DNA of 64,000 nucleotides from an uncultured Bacteroidota bacterium (GTDB lineage Bacteria; Bacteroidota; Bacteroidia; AKYH767-A; JABDAW01): NCBI GenBank assembly GCA_903844645.1, contig CAIMUP010000013.1, positions 1,428 through 65,427 on the forward strand. The letters are read 5' to 3'. The position numbers were made by a program, and so were the translations under genes. Below, in pieces: positions 1-9,768 of this stretch (its first letter is position 1; the number at the start of each line of letters is the position of its first letter). The notes beneath the pieces were generated by a model. The model was not told the DNA's origin and searched no databases. It saw only the letters and a program-made list of their open reading frames with translations.

Positions 1-1791
1 CACTTGTTCGGTTTCTTCTCGATATTTAATTCCGATGCTATCAATTCCGTGGAATTAATCAAAGGCGGAATGCCTGCACAATATGGTGGTCGGCTTGCCT
101 CGGTCTTGGATATTTCGATGAAGGAAGGCAACAATCAATCCTTCCATGTGGATGGAGGCATCGGGGTGATTGCATCGCGCCTCACCATCCAGGGACCTAT
201 CGAAAAGAACAAATGTTCGTTCATTATTTCTGCAAGACGGACTTATATTGATGTGCTTGCCGCACCGTTCATCAGCAATTCCTCGCCGTTCAAGGGGAGC
301 GGGTATTTCTTCTATGATTTGAATGCCAAACTGAATTATCAATTCTCGGATAAGGATAAACTTTTCGTCAGTGGGTACTTTGGTCGCGATGTATTTTCTT
401 ATAAGAATTCCGACAATGGTTTCTCTGTAGATATTCCATGGGGCAACACCACCGTTTCGGCTCGTTGGAATCATTTATTCAGCAATAAAGTCTTTATGAA
501 TACCTCGCTGATCTATACCGATTATCAATTCCAATCCAGCTTTACGGAGAGCCAGTTCCAGTTCAGTTTATCTTCCGGCATCCGCGACTTTAATGCCAAG
601 TGGGACTTGAATTATTACCCTAACCTTCGTCATAATATTAAATTCGGAGCGATTTATACCTTCCATATCTTCACCCCGAGTACCATCTCTGGGCAGTCGG
701 GTTCGGTGGTGTTTAATCCTGGCAAACTGCACCTGTATGCCCAAGAGCCTGCCCTGTATGTCAGCGATGATTACGACCTTACTGATAGGATTAAAATTCA
801 TGCAGGCTTGCGGTATTCCGCTTTCCAGCAGATAGGTCCTTATAATTTCTTCCTCCATGATAAAAACGGCTCCATCACGGATACGATTCACTATGCCGAC
901 ATGGCTAACGTAGCTTTTTATCAAGGGTTGGAGCCGCGCGTTTCCATCCGATATTCCATCAATAAAAAGTCATCCCTCAAAGCGGGATATACGATTAACG
1001 ACCAGTACATGCACCTCGTGTCGCTGTCCACGGTTACGCTGCCCACCGATGTTTGGATGCCTACTTCGCAGAAAGTGAAGCCCGAAATCGGTACGCAATA
1101 TTCGATGGGTTACTTCCGAAATTTCAAAAAGGAAACGTACGAAACATCGGTCGAGGTGTATTACAAGGAGATGAAGCACATGATTGATTATGCCGATGGC
1201 TCGACCTACGGCGATAGCTATCAGGACAACTTCGACAAGTCGTTCGTATTTGGCAAAGGATGGTCGTATGGCGTGGAATTATTCATCAAGAAAGACCTCG
1301 GCAAACTGACGGGCTGGATCGGATATACCCTCTCCTATACCAACCGCAACTTCCCTGATAACAACGATTCGATGACCTTCCCCGCGAAGTACGATCGCCG
1401 CCACGATTTATCAGTCGTCGCGAACTATGTTTTCAATGATCATTGGACGTTCTCCAGCCAATTTGTATATGCTACTGGCGATGCGCTGACGGTCGAAACG
1501 GGGCGGTATTTCATCGAAAACCGGATCATGCCGGAATACGGCGCGAGGAATAATTACCGCCTCGACCCATACCATCGCGCCGATGTTTCGGCGACTTATA
1601 TCCGCAAAAAGCATGAGAAATACCAATCGTCCTGGACGTTCTCGATCTACAATGTGTACAACCGCCACAATCCGTATTTCATCTACCCCTCTACGTATGG
1701 CAGCACGGTGTTGAATAACCTGAAATTAACCGAAAAGGAGGTTTCCTTATTCCCGATTCTGCCTTCCGTCACCTGGAATTTTAAGTTTTAA
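1..1791 (+). CDS. TonB-dependent receptor, C-terminal part (5' end lies outside the window)
   Basis: The ORF is open to the window edge. It has a plug/barrel-type motif (SVELIKGGMPAQYGGR), a long alternating beta-strand pattern and a terminal aromatic ...TWNFKF typical of TBDR barrels. Confidence 0.85.
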   Translation, partial: HLFGFFSIFNSDAINSVELIKGGMPAQYGGRLASVLDISMKEGNNQSFHVDGGIGVIASRLTIQGPIEKNKCSFIISARRTYIDVLAAPFISNSSPFKGSGYFFYDLNAKLNYQFSDKDKLFVSGYFGRDVFSYKNSDNGFSVDIPWGNTTVSARWNHLFSNKVFMNTSLIYTDYQFQSSFTESQFQFSLSSGIRDFNAKWDLNYYPNLRHNIKFGAIYTFHIFTPSTISGQSGSVVFNPGKLHLYAQEPALYVSDDYDLTDRIKIHAGLRYSAFQQIGPYNFFLHDKNGSITDTIHYADMANVAFYQGLEPRVSIRYSINKKSSLKAGYTINDQYMHLVSLSTVTLPTDVWMPTSQKVKPEIGTQYSMGYFRNFKKETYETSVEVYYKEMKHMIDYADGSTYGDSYQDNFDKSFVFGKGWSYGVELFIKKDLGKLTGWIGYTLSYTNRNFPDNNDSMTFPAKYDRRHDLSVVANYVFNDHWTFSSQFVYATGDALTVETGRYFIENRIMPEYGARNNYRLDPYHRADVSATYIRKKHEKYQSSWTFSIYNVYNRHNPYFIYPSTYGSTVLNNLKLTEKEVSLFPILPSVTWNFKF

Positions 1792-1850
1792 TGATGGAAA
1801 GGGAGATTTTGAATCATAAAATGGAGTTCAATAAGGGAATTAGTGCCGCG

Positions 1851-2047
1851 CAAATGATTATTAGCGGAGCTCGAATAGGTATTAGAGGAGCTCAAATGGT
1901 TATTAGAGGAGCTCGAATAGGTATTAGAGGAGTTCGAATAGGTATTAGAGGAGTTCGAATAGGTATTAGAGGAGCTCTAATAGGTATTAGAGGAGCTCAA
2001 ATAGGTATTGGAAGAGCTCAAATAGGTATTAGAGGAGCTCAAATTCC
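1851..2047. repeat. Array A: 21-bp tandem repeat, about 9.4 copies
   Basis: The unit is cgaataggtattagaggagct. Unit starts were hand-indexed at 1851, 1872, 1893 ... 2019. It lies between the TBDR stop (1791) and the DUF4249 start (2078). Confidence 0.95.
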
Positions 2048-2077
2048 ATCAATTTGTATTAATAAATTAGCTGTATC

Positions 2078-2974
2078 ATGAAAAAACTACTCTTTCTCCT
2101 TGCCCTGATTCCATTCATCTTTATCGGTTGCGAGAAAGATATTGCCGTGAATTTCCCGCCGCCACCCGATTTATTGGTCATCGAAGGGCACATCGAGCCG
2201 GGCGGATTTGCCTACGTTCACGTTACGCGGAATGCCAATTATTTCGCCTCCACGAATACCGATTCGCTGTTGCAATACCTCGTTACGGATGCCATCGTGG
2301 TAGTTTCTGATGGGATATTAATGGATACTTTGAAACAGACATTCGCCCCGTATTTGGACCCTTATTTCCCTGCTCCGGTGATTTATCTGGGGCAATTAAT
2401 CATCGGGCAACCGAACCATACCTACACACTGAAAGTCATTGCCAACGGGCAAACAGTTACCGCCACGACCTCCATCCCCGGGCTTGTACCGCTCGATAGT
2501 ACCTGGTTTAAGGTGGAGAATAACCTCGACAGTTTGGGATATGTTTACGGACACATGCACGACCCCGATTCCTTGGGCAATGCCTACCGGTTTATGATCA
2601 AACGGATTGGGCATTTCTCCGATGGCAAGCAGAAGGATTTGGGATTTATTGCCGATGTGAATTCGGTATTTGATGATAAAGTAATTAATGGGCAGAGCTT
2701 TGATGGCGACTTCAACCGTCCACATCTGCCGCATGATACCTCGGTCGAGAATCACAATATCGAGAATGGATATTTCAAGAAAGGCGATACCATCGTCCTG
2801 AAATGGATGACCCTCGACCACGATCATTACAAGTTCTGGCAAACCGAAGGTATCGCCGCCAATGGCGCGGATAATCCCTTCGCCTCCCCGACCATTATCA
2901 AGAGTAATATCAAAGGCGGCTTAGGTATTTGGGGAGGCTATGGCACGACCTATGACACGATTATTGCGAAATAA
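2078..2974 (+). CDS. DUF4249-like lipoprotein, the usual partner of a Bacteroidota TonB-dependent receptor
   Basis: It has a lipoprotein signal (MKKLLFLLALIPFIFIGC). Its size and position directly after a TBDR fit the family. The family assignment is from memory, not a search. Confidence 0.6.
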   Translation: MKKLLFLLALIPFIFIGCEKDIAVNFPPPPDLLVIEGHIEPGGFAYVHVTRNANYFASTNTDSLLQYLVTDAIVVVSDGILMDTLKQTFAPYLDPYFPAPVIYLGQLIIGQPNHTYTLKVIANGQTVTATTSIPGLVPLDSTWFKVENNLDSLGYVYGHMHDPDSLGNAYRFMIKRIGHFSDGKQKDLGFIADVNSVFDDKVINGQSFDGDFNRPHLPHDTSVENHNIENGYFKKGDTIVLKWMTLDHDHYKFWQTEGIAANGADNPFASPTIIKSNIKGGLGIWGGYGTTYDTIIAK

Positions 2975-2983
2975 AAGATAACT

Positions 2984-3919
2984 ATGGAAGAAAAAGTAAA
3001 ATGTTTAATCATCGGCTCGGGTCCTGCGGGATATACAGCCGCTATTTATGCCGCCAGAGCCGATATGAAACCCGTGCTTTATCAGGGTTTGCAGCCTGGC
3101 GGTCAATTAACCATCACTACCGAAGTAGAGAACTATCCGGGCTACCCCAAGGGCACTATGGGTCCGGAGATGATGGAGGATTTCAAAGCCCAAGCCGAAC
3201 GATTCGGGACAGATATTCGATGGGGATATGCCACCTCGGTGGATTTCTCTGGTGCAGTTCATAAAGTTATTATTGATGAAACCACGACCATCTTCGCCGA
3301 TACGGTAATCATCGCAACCGGTGCTTCTGCCAAGTGGCTCGGATTGGAATCCGAACAACGACTGAATGGTTTCGGGGTATCGGCATGTGCCGTCTGCGAT
3401 GGTTTCTTTTTCAAGAAGCAAGATGTCGCCATCGTTGGTGCCGGAGATACCGCTGCCGAAGAAGCTACTTACCTCGCCAAGCTATGCAACAAGGTGTATA
3501 TGATTATTCGTCGTGATGAGATGCGAGCTTCCAAAGCCATGCAACATCGCGTGCAGAATACTGCCAACATCGAAATTATTTATAACTCCGAAACCAAAGA
3601 AATCCTTGGCGAGAAGACCGTAGAAGCCGTCTTGGTTTATGATATTAAGAACAAGGTAGAGCGGAAACTCGATGTTACTGGCTTCTTCGTCGCGATAGGT
3701 CATCAGCCCAACACCGATTTATTCAAAGGCATCCTCGACATGGATGAAAACGGCTATTTAATCACCATTCCCGGCACTACCAAAACCAATGTCGGAGGCA
3801 TTTTTGCTGCAGGCGATGTCGCTGACCATGTGTATCGCCAAGCCGTTACCGCAGCCGGAACCGGATGTATGGCAGCCATAGATGCCGAAAGATATTTAGC
3901 CGCCAAAGGCATCCATTAA
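2984..3919 (+). CDS. trxB: thioredoxin-disulfide reductase
   Basis: It has the FAD motif GSGPAGYTAAIYAARA, the redox-active CAVCDG and the NADPH motif GAGDTAAEEA, at a typical 311 aa. Confidence 0.95.
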   Translation: MEEKVKCLIIGSGPAGYTAAIYAARADMKPVLYQGLQPGGQLTITTEVENYPGYPKGTMGPEMMEDFKAQAERFGTDIRWGYATSVDFSGAVHKVIIDETTTIFADTVIIATGASAKWLGLESEQRLNGFGVSACAVCDGFFFKKQDVAIVGAGDTAAEEATYLAKLCNKVYMIIRRDEMRASKAMQHRVQNTANIEIIYNSETKEILGEKTVEAVLVYDIKNKVERKLDVTGFFVAIGHQPNTDLFKGILDMDENGYLITIPGTTKTNVGGIFAAGDVADHVYRQAVTAAGTGCMAAIDAERYLAAKGIH

Positions 3920-4042
3920 AAGGGGTAAAATAAATTTTGATTAGATAGCTCGCCTGCCGATCTCCTGAATGTTTTTTCTCATTACAAATTTCCTTTTCTT
4001 GTATTTTTTCGAGTTCCCCGAGGAATGAAATTTCTTTAATCG

Positions 4043-4345
4043 AGGCATTAGGAAAAAAAGCAGGGCATCAAATTACCCAATTTCATACCTTAAGTTTTTG
4101 CTCAAGGCATCACATTACCCGATGTGTGGGGTTGAGCAAAAACTTAATGCTTCACATCATCCAATTTGGAGGTATGGGAAAAAAAGTAATGCCCCACATT
4201 ACCCGATTTTGGGGTATGGCAAAAAACCTAATGCCCCACATTACCCAATGTGATGGTATGGCAAAAAACCTAATGCCCCACCTTACCCAATGCGGGGGTA
4301 TGAGCAAAAAAGTAGTGCCTCACATTACCTAATGTGGGGGTGTGA
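4043..4345. repeat. Array B: 42-bp tandem repeat, about 7 copies, each with an internal hairpin
   Basis: The unit is gccccacattacccaatgtgatggtatggcaaaaaacctaat. The anchor gc(a/c/t)(t/c)cac falls at 4065, 4107, 4149, 4191, 4233, 4275 and 4317, a spacing of exactly 42. Each unit contains the dyad cacatt-accc-aatgtg. Confidence 0.95.
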
Positions 4346-4551
4346 TTTTCAATACATTCAAATATAAAATAAGAATCTCTAAAAATAGCCTCCAAGGTAG
4401 TGATCAAATAGAGCAATCAAAATAAAATAAAAAAATGATTAAATAAAATAATGAAAATTATGATAGACTTCGCAAAGTATTTTTTAATCCTTTTTATGAT
4501 AAATTCATTTACCGGGATAAATTGAAGCAATTTACCGAGGAAGGAGGTATT

Positions 4552-6018
4552 TTATAAACTCACTTTGGGATGAATTTTGTATTTTGCGATTAATAACAAG
4601 CCGATAAAAGTCAGCAGTCCGTTAATCATCAGCATCTCGAATCCGAATTGATAGGAGGTGAATAATTCTTTTGAATAAGTGTTCAGAAGGTAGCAAATTG
4701 TGGGCGGAAAAAGGGCGATGACAGGCACCAATTTATCCCTTACTTGCAGCTTCGTAAAGAGTCCGAAAACAAACAACCCGAGCAAGGGTCCGTAGGTATA
4801 ATTGGCGATGGTGAAGAGGTTATTCAGCACCGATTCTTTGATGGAGGTCTTGAAATAAACGATGACCAACAGCAAAATTATAGCGAAGCACAAATGCACC
4901 ACGCGGCGTACTTGCACTTGCTTCTTCTCGGTCCAGTTTTTTTCTCTGATACCGATAAAATCTATGCAGAAAGAGGTCGTCAAAGCGGTCAAAGCACCGT
5001 CAGCACTCGGGAAGGCTGCAGATATTAATCCGATAATGAAAAAAATACCGGAAACAGGTCCGAGAAAATGCAAGGCAATGGTCGGGAACAGGTCGTCTGA
5101 ATGCACCGGTATCGCAATGTTTTTCGCAGCAGCGAACAGGTAAAGCAATGCCCCCAAACAAAGGAACATAATGTTCACAAAGAAGAGAATAATACTGAAG
5201 GTGAACATGTTTTTTTGGGATTCTTTGAGGGTCTTGCACGAGATATTCTTTTGCATCATCTCTTGGTCTAAGCCCGTCATAGCGATAGCGATAAAAGCAC
5301 CGCCAAAGAAGTGCTTCAAGAAGAATTTTTTGTCGTTAAAATCAGTAACGAAGATGGCGGAATGCGGACGGTTTTTGATATTTGAAATCATATCGGTAAT
5401 GGAGAAGTTCAGTTCTTTCCCGATAAGATAAATCGTGATTACCACGGCTAATAACATGAAGGTTGTTTGCAAGGTATCTGTCCAAACAATCGTCTTTACG
5501 CCGCCCTGAAAGGTATAAAGTAAAATCAATACGATGAATGCCGCAACCGTTACTGTGAAAGGGATTCCCCACTCATCGAAAACGAATATCTGTAACACAT
5601 TAACCACAATATAAAGCCTGAATGACGCACCAATTACTCGCGAAAGCAGGAAGAAAAAAGCACCTGTTTTGTAACTGTATGCCCCGAAGCGTTGCAGTAG
5701 ATAGGAATAGATGGAAGTGAGGTTTAATCTATAATAAAGTGGCAGTAAGATGGTGGCGATAACAGCATACCCGACCATGTATCCTAAGACCATCTGGAAG
5801 TAAGCGAAGTGTTGCGGACCCACCCCTCCGGGTACCGACATAAAGGTTACACCGGATAGCGAAGCACCGATCATTCCGTAGGCTACCAGATACCATTTCG
5901 AGGACCTGTTGCCGATGAAGTAGGTTTCATTCGTGGCGTTGCGGCTGGTAAGATATGTGATGAGGAAAAGCACCGCAGAATACACCACCACGCAGGTTAA
6001 AAGTAAAGAAGGAGTCAT
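4552..6018 (-). CDS. sodium:solute symporter (SSS) family transporter
   Basis: It is a polytopic membrane protein of about 13 TM segments with an SSS-like N-terminus (ETYFIGNRSSKWYLVAYGMIGASLSGVTF). The start was chosen at the internal Met (MTPSLLL); the ORF extends to 6069. Confidence 0.8.
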   Translation of the reverse strand: MTPSLLLTCVVVYSAVLFLITYLTSRNATNETYFIGNRSSKWYLVAYGMIGASLSGVTFMSVPGGVGPQHFAYFQMVLGYMVGYAVIATILLPLYYRLNLTSIYSYLLQRFGAYSYKTGAFFFLLSRVIGASFRLYIVVNVLQIFVFDEWGIPFTVTVAAFIVLILLYTFQGGVKTIVWTDTLQTTFMLLAVVITIYLIGKELNFSITDMISNIKNRPHSAIFVTDFNDKKFFLKHFFGGAFIAIAMTGLDQEMMQKNISCKTLKESQKNMFTFSIILFFVNIMFLCLGALLYLFAAAKNIAIPVHSDDLFPTIALHFLGPVSGIFFIIGLISAAFPSADGALTALTTSFCIDFIGIREKNWTEKKQVQVRRVVHLCFAIILLLVIVYFKTSIKESVLNNLFTIANYTYGPLLGLFVFGLFTKLQVRDKLVPVIALFPPTICYLLNTYSKELFTSYQFGFEMLMINGLLTFIGLLLIAKYKIHPKVSL

Positions 6019-6058
6019 TGTTTTTTTATAAGATGAGCAAAGAAACATAAAAGTATGG

Positions 6059-6066
6059 TAATTTTG
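6059..6066 (+). promoter_or_regulatory. candidate Bacteroidota-type -7 box (TAnnTTTG) for the decarboxylase gene
   Basis: The sequence taattttg lies 21 nt upstream of the ATG at 6087. Confidence 0.35.
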
Positions 6067-6086
6067 CAACCTGAATCAAAGAAATC

Positions 6087-7532
6087 ATGATAGAAAAGAT
6101 AAAAGCATTTGAAGAAATAGCACGGCAACTGGAGCCGAATGCCCCTATTCGTAAGGGAGTCAGGAAGAAGGTGATAGATTATACAGAAGATTTTCTGGAT
6201 AACATTTATTCTCTGAAAGCCTACGAACAAACTGATGATCAAGGCAAAGGACTCTTCGATTCTCCCATTAATGATGTTACGATAGACATTGAGGAGGCGA
6301 TACAAATCATCTTCGAGAATGTGGATACGCAAGGATTGAATCCGGCTTCTGGCGGACATCTTGGGTATATCCCCGGTGGTGGCATCTATTATTCTGCTTT
6401 GGCAGATTATATGGCAGCTATTACCAATCGGTATGCAGGAATTTTCTTTGCCTCGCAAGGTGCGGTAAGGATGGAGAACCTGTTGATAAAATGGATGGCT
6501 AATATCGTAGGCTATGACGAAGCCGCAAGTGGAAACCTTACCACTGGCGGCAGCCTTGCCAATCTTATCGCGATAGTTACCGCCAGAGATGCCCATAATA
6601 TTAAAGCGAAAGACATCGAGAAAACCGTTATTTATTTGAGTGAGCAAGCACATCACAGCGTGGAGAAAGCCATCCGTATTGCGGGCATGAATGAATGCCA
6701 AAAACGCTTCCTTCCGATGGATGAAAGGTATCGTATCAAACCTGATGCTTTGGAAGAATATATCAAACAAGATCTATCCGATGGCTTGAAGCCCTGGTTG
6801 GTGATCGCTGCTGCCGGAACGACTGATGTTGGGGCGGTGGACCCCTTGGATAAGATAGGAACCATTGCCAATGAATACAACCTTTGGTTTCATGTGGATG
6901 GTGCTTATGGCGGCTTCTTCGCCTTGACCGATGAAGGTAAAACAATCCTCAAAGGCATCGAGAAATCTGACTCCGTAATCATGGATCCGCATAAAAGTTT
7001 GTTCCTGCCTTACGGGCTTGGCGTGGTCTTGATAAAGGACAAGAAACACCTCTACCATGCCCATCATTACTTCGCCAATTACATGCAAGACACCTTGAAA
7101 AATGCCGATGAATTATCCCCCGCAGACCTCTCGCCAGAACTTACCAAACACTACCGCAGCCTGCGATTGTGGCTCCCCCTGAAACTCCACGGCGTAGCCC
7201 CCTTCCGTGCCGCTTTGGAAGAGAAATTACTACTCGCAAAATACTTCTACGACAAGATAAAAACCACCAAAGGCTTCGAGGTATTGATAGCCCCGCAACT
7301 CTCCGTCATCATCTTCCGATACATCCCCAAAAGCGGCGATGCGAACGCCTTCAACGAACGCATCATTCAGGAAATTCACAAAGACGGACGCATCTTCTTT
7401 TCCTCCACCACCATCAACGGAAACTACATGCTGCGCCTCGCCATCCTCTCCTTCCGAACACACCTCGAAACGGTAGATTTAGCCCTCCAAATCATCAATG
7501 AAAAAGTAGCGTTATTAAACCTCAAACCTTAA
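6087..7532 (+). CDS. PLP-dependent group II (aromatic-amino-acid type) decarboxylase
   Basis: It carries HVDGAYGG and the PLP-lysine motif DPHKSLFLPYG, at 481 aa. The substrate cannot be told from the sequence. Confidence 0.85.
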   Translation: MIEKIKAFEEIARQLEPNAPIRKGVRKKVIDYTEDFLDNIYSLKAYEQTDDQGKGLFDSPINDVTIDIEEAIQIIFENVDTQGLNPASGGHLGYIPGGGIYYSALADYMAAITNRYAGIFFASQGAVRMENLLIKWMANIVGYDEAASGNLTTGGSLANLIAIVTARDAHNIKAKDIEKTVIYLSEQAHHSVEKAIRIAGMNECQKRFLPMDERYRIKPDALEEYIKQDLSDGLKPWLVIAAAGTTDVGAVDPLDKIGTIANEYNLWFHVDGAYGGFFALTDEGKTILKGIEKSDSVIMDPHKSLFLPYGLGVVLIKDKKHLYHAHHYFANYMQDTLKNADELSPADLSPELTKHYRSLRLWLPLKLHGVAPFRAALEEKLLLAKYFYDKIKTTKGFEVLIAPQLSVIIFRYIPKSGDANAFNERIIQEIHKDGRIFFSSTTINGNYMLRLAILSFRTHLETVDLALQIINEKVALLNLKP

Positions 7533-7570
7533 AGCCTTTACATCTTCACGACCATTATTAAATAAAAAAA

Positions 7571-7596
7571 AGTGGCATTTTTTTATGCCGCTTTAT
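7571..7596 (+). terminator. possible rho-independent terminator after the decarboxylase gene
   Basis: The stem agtggcat/atgccgct (one G-U pair) has a T-rich loop and a T-rich tail. Confidence 0.4.
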
Positions 7597-7639
7597 AAAT
7601 ATTTCTTTGATAGAAGTTGGTAAAGTGAGAAATTATTAG

Positions 7640-7647
7640 TAGTTTTG
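7640..7647 (+). promoter_or_regulatory. candidate -7 box (TAnnTTTG) for the T9SS cargo gene at 7672
   Basis: The box reads tagttttg, with a TTG at 7617-7619 about 20 nt upstream. Confidence 0.35.
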
Positions 7648-7671
7648 TGCGCTCAAATAAAAAACACATAG

Positions 7672-8652
7672 ATGAAAAACTCCCACCTACTCTTTTTCTT
7701 TTTTCTTTTTATAATCGGAAAGCCAATGATTGCGCAGAATCTTGTTCCGAACCCAAGTTTCGAGTTACATGATAGCTGCCCTGATAATGAAGACCAAATA
7801 CAAAGAGCAATAGGATGGTCTAAATACAGTAATATTGCTTCTACTCCTGATTATTATAATGCCTGTGATACTGGTGGACAGTTATGCGTGCCACCAGTTA
7901 ATGGGGGATTTACTCAATCATCAGCACATAGTGGTCATGCTTATGGAGCAGTTGTAACATTTGCTAAACAAATTCATAATTATCGTGAGTATATCGGTAT
8001 ACAATTATCTCAATCTTTAACTATTGGTCAGGATTATTTTCTCTCCTTTTATACAACCACTGGAGAAGTATGGGGTTTAGGAATGCCTTCAAATAATCTT
8101 GGTATTCGTTTATCAACTGTTGCTTTTAATCCAAATAATCCAACTCCAATTAATAATTATGCTCATTTATATTCTTCGGCAATTATTAGTGATACCATAA
8201 ACTGGGTACATGTTTCCGGAACAATAACAGCAGATTCGACTTATCATTATTTGGTAATTGGTAATTTCTTTACTGATAGCCTCACGGACACGATTTGCTG
8301 GCGACAGACAAATTCATTAGAATGTTATTATGCAGTTGACGATATTTGCATTACACCTGCTGCTGATTCAATGATATGTATGGAGTTCACTTCAGTTGAT
8401 GAAATAAAATTTCCCGAGGATATTAATGTATTTCCAAATCCGGCAACTGATTTTGTAAATATCGTTTTCGATGAAAATCAAGAAACGGAAATTATATTAT
8501 TTGATATGTTAGGGAATACGATTTACAAGAATCTAATTACAAATAAGAGCGCAAGATTATGTATATCTGCTATTCCGCGTGGATGTTATGAATTAAAAAT
8601 TACCAGCAAGAGAGATTATAAAACTTATATAAAAAAAATTGTTAAACTATAA
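7672..8652 (+). CDS. secreted protein with a T9SS type A C-terminal sorting domain
   Basis: It has a signal peptide, an N-terminal LVPNPSFE motif and a C-terminal VFPNPATDFVNIVF...YELKI block typical of Por/T9SS CTDs. Confidence 0.7.
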   Translation: MKNSHLLFFFFLFIIGKPMIAQNLVPNPSFELHDSCPDNEDQIQRAIGWSKYSNIASTPDYYNACDTGGQLCVPPVNGGFTQSSAHSGHAYGAVVTFAKQIHNYREYIGIQLSQSLTIGQDYFLSFYTTTGEVWGLGMPSNNLGIRLSTVAFNPNNPTPINNYAHLYSSAIISDTINWVHVSGTITADSTYHYLVIGNFFTDSLTDTICWRQTNSLECYYAVDDICITPAADSMICMEFTSVDEIKFPEDINVFPNPATDFVNIVFDENQETEIILFDMLGNTIYKNLITNKSARLCISAIPRGCYELKITSKRDYKTYIKKIVKL

Positions 8653-8718
8653 AAAAATAAAATGAAAAACTATTGCTTTCGGTTTAGGAAAAATGCAGGG
8701 CGGTTTAGCTTTTATATT

Positions 8719-8926
8719 GACCTGTTTAAAGTTTATGTCGGTCTGTTTAAAGTTTGTATCGGTCTGTTTAAAGTTTAAACAGGTCTGTTTAAAGTTTGTA
8801 TCGGTCTGTTTAAAGTTTAAACAGGTCTGTTTAAAGTTTAAACAGGTCTGTTTAAAGTTTGTATCGGTCTGTTTAAAGTTTAAACAGACCTGTTTAAAAT
8901 TTGTACAGACCTGTTTAAAAACTATA
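8719..8926. repeat. Array C: 21-bp tandem repeat, about 10 copies, two alternating variants
   Basis: The units are ggtctgtttaaagtttgtatc and ggtctgtttaaagtttaaaca, starting at 8719, 8740 ... 8908. Junctions of the b-type variant create the 9-bp inverted repeat tttaaacag-gt-ctgtttaaa. Confidence 0.95.
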
Positions 8927-9076
8927 TTGACATAGTAAAATGTTATTAATCATAGCATTTATGCTTTTCAGAGGGTAAAATATGCAATAATTACTAAAAA
9001 TAAATCTTCAGAAAATAGTTTAATCGGAATATTATCCCGTTCTTTGCCGCCGTAAAACCAATAAATACATATTAAA

Positions 9077-9712
9077 ATGTCTAACCTACTACCAGGCACA
9101 CCGATAAAAGCAAGTCGCAAATTCATGACTTTCGGAAGAGTAAAGCTTATTGCTGAATATGAATTAGTGAAAACGGGAATGACCAGTCCTGCCGGCATCG
9201 GTCATTATGCAAATCCTACGGTTGCATTCGCCACCATGGACCCTATCAAGCAGGCAATTACTGATGCCTATAACTTAAAAGATAAGGTAACGATGCGGGC
9301 AAGGATCAAGGATTTGAAAGATGACATGCGCAAGAACGCGACTTTTGCTGAAGAACATTGTAACAACGACCTCGCCACGTTGTTATTGAGCGGTTACAAA
9401 GAAGCTCAACAGGGTGGTGGTCCTGAAATAGCCATTGGCGGCACTACTAATTTGAAAGCTGGCGATACAGGAATTGTTGGCGAAATGAAAGGAACTTACA
9501 GAAGACCAGCTGGAACGAAACATGTCGAGGGATGGAGCAAGTTACACAGTGCTCCGGAAACTGCCTGGGCATTGACTGCTGTGACAGATGTCGGAGAAAT
9601 CTTCTGGACAGGCGTAGCGAAAGGTGTGGAAAACGATTACAAAGTTCGTAGTGGTGCCGGTCGCAGAAAAGGTGCATTCAGTTCGGTAGTTACCGAGATT
9701 TGCAGGTATTAA
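9077..9712 (+). CDS. orphan protein P1 (array-fronted, unknown function)
   Basis: This 211-aa ORF has no signal peptide, a helical N-terminal half and a beta-rich C-terminal half. It is preceded by array C and followed by a hairpin terminator. Confidence 0.6.
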   Translation: MSNLLPGTPIKASRKFMTFGRVKLIAEYELVKTGMTSPAGIGHYANPTVAFATMDPIKQAITDAYNLKDKVTMRARIKDLKDDMRKNATFAEEHCNNDLATLLLSGYKEAQQGGGPEIAIGGTTNLKAGDTGIVGEMKGTYRRPAGTKHVEGWSKLHSAPETAWALTAVTDVGEIFWTGVAKGVENDYKVRSGAGRRKGAFSSVVTEICRY

Positions 9713-9735
9713 TTTAAGAATTAAATAAACAGGAA

Positions 9736-9768
9736 AGCCTTCGAATTGCAACATTCGGGGGCTTTTTA
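9736..9768. terminator. hairpin terminator between convergent P1 and acpH
   Basis: The stem agccttcgaa / ttcgggggct is 10 bp (two G-U pairs) and is followed by ttttt. Confidence 0.6.

Noticed and set aside
1914-1960. The string gagttcgaatagg inside array A resembles a tRNA T-arm.
   Set aside because: It is part of the 21-bp repeat unit. No acceptor or anticodon arms can be built, and I saw no tRNA- or rRNA-like sequence anywhere in the window.
6015-6770. A 251-aa ORF lies antisense to the PLP decarboxylase gene.
   Set aside because: It overlaps a CDS with clear family motifs, and it has no motifs of its own and an odd composition.
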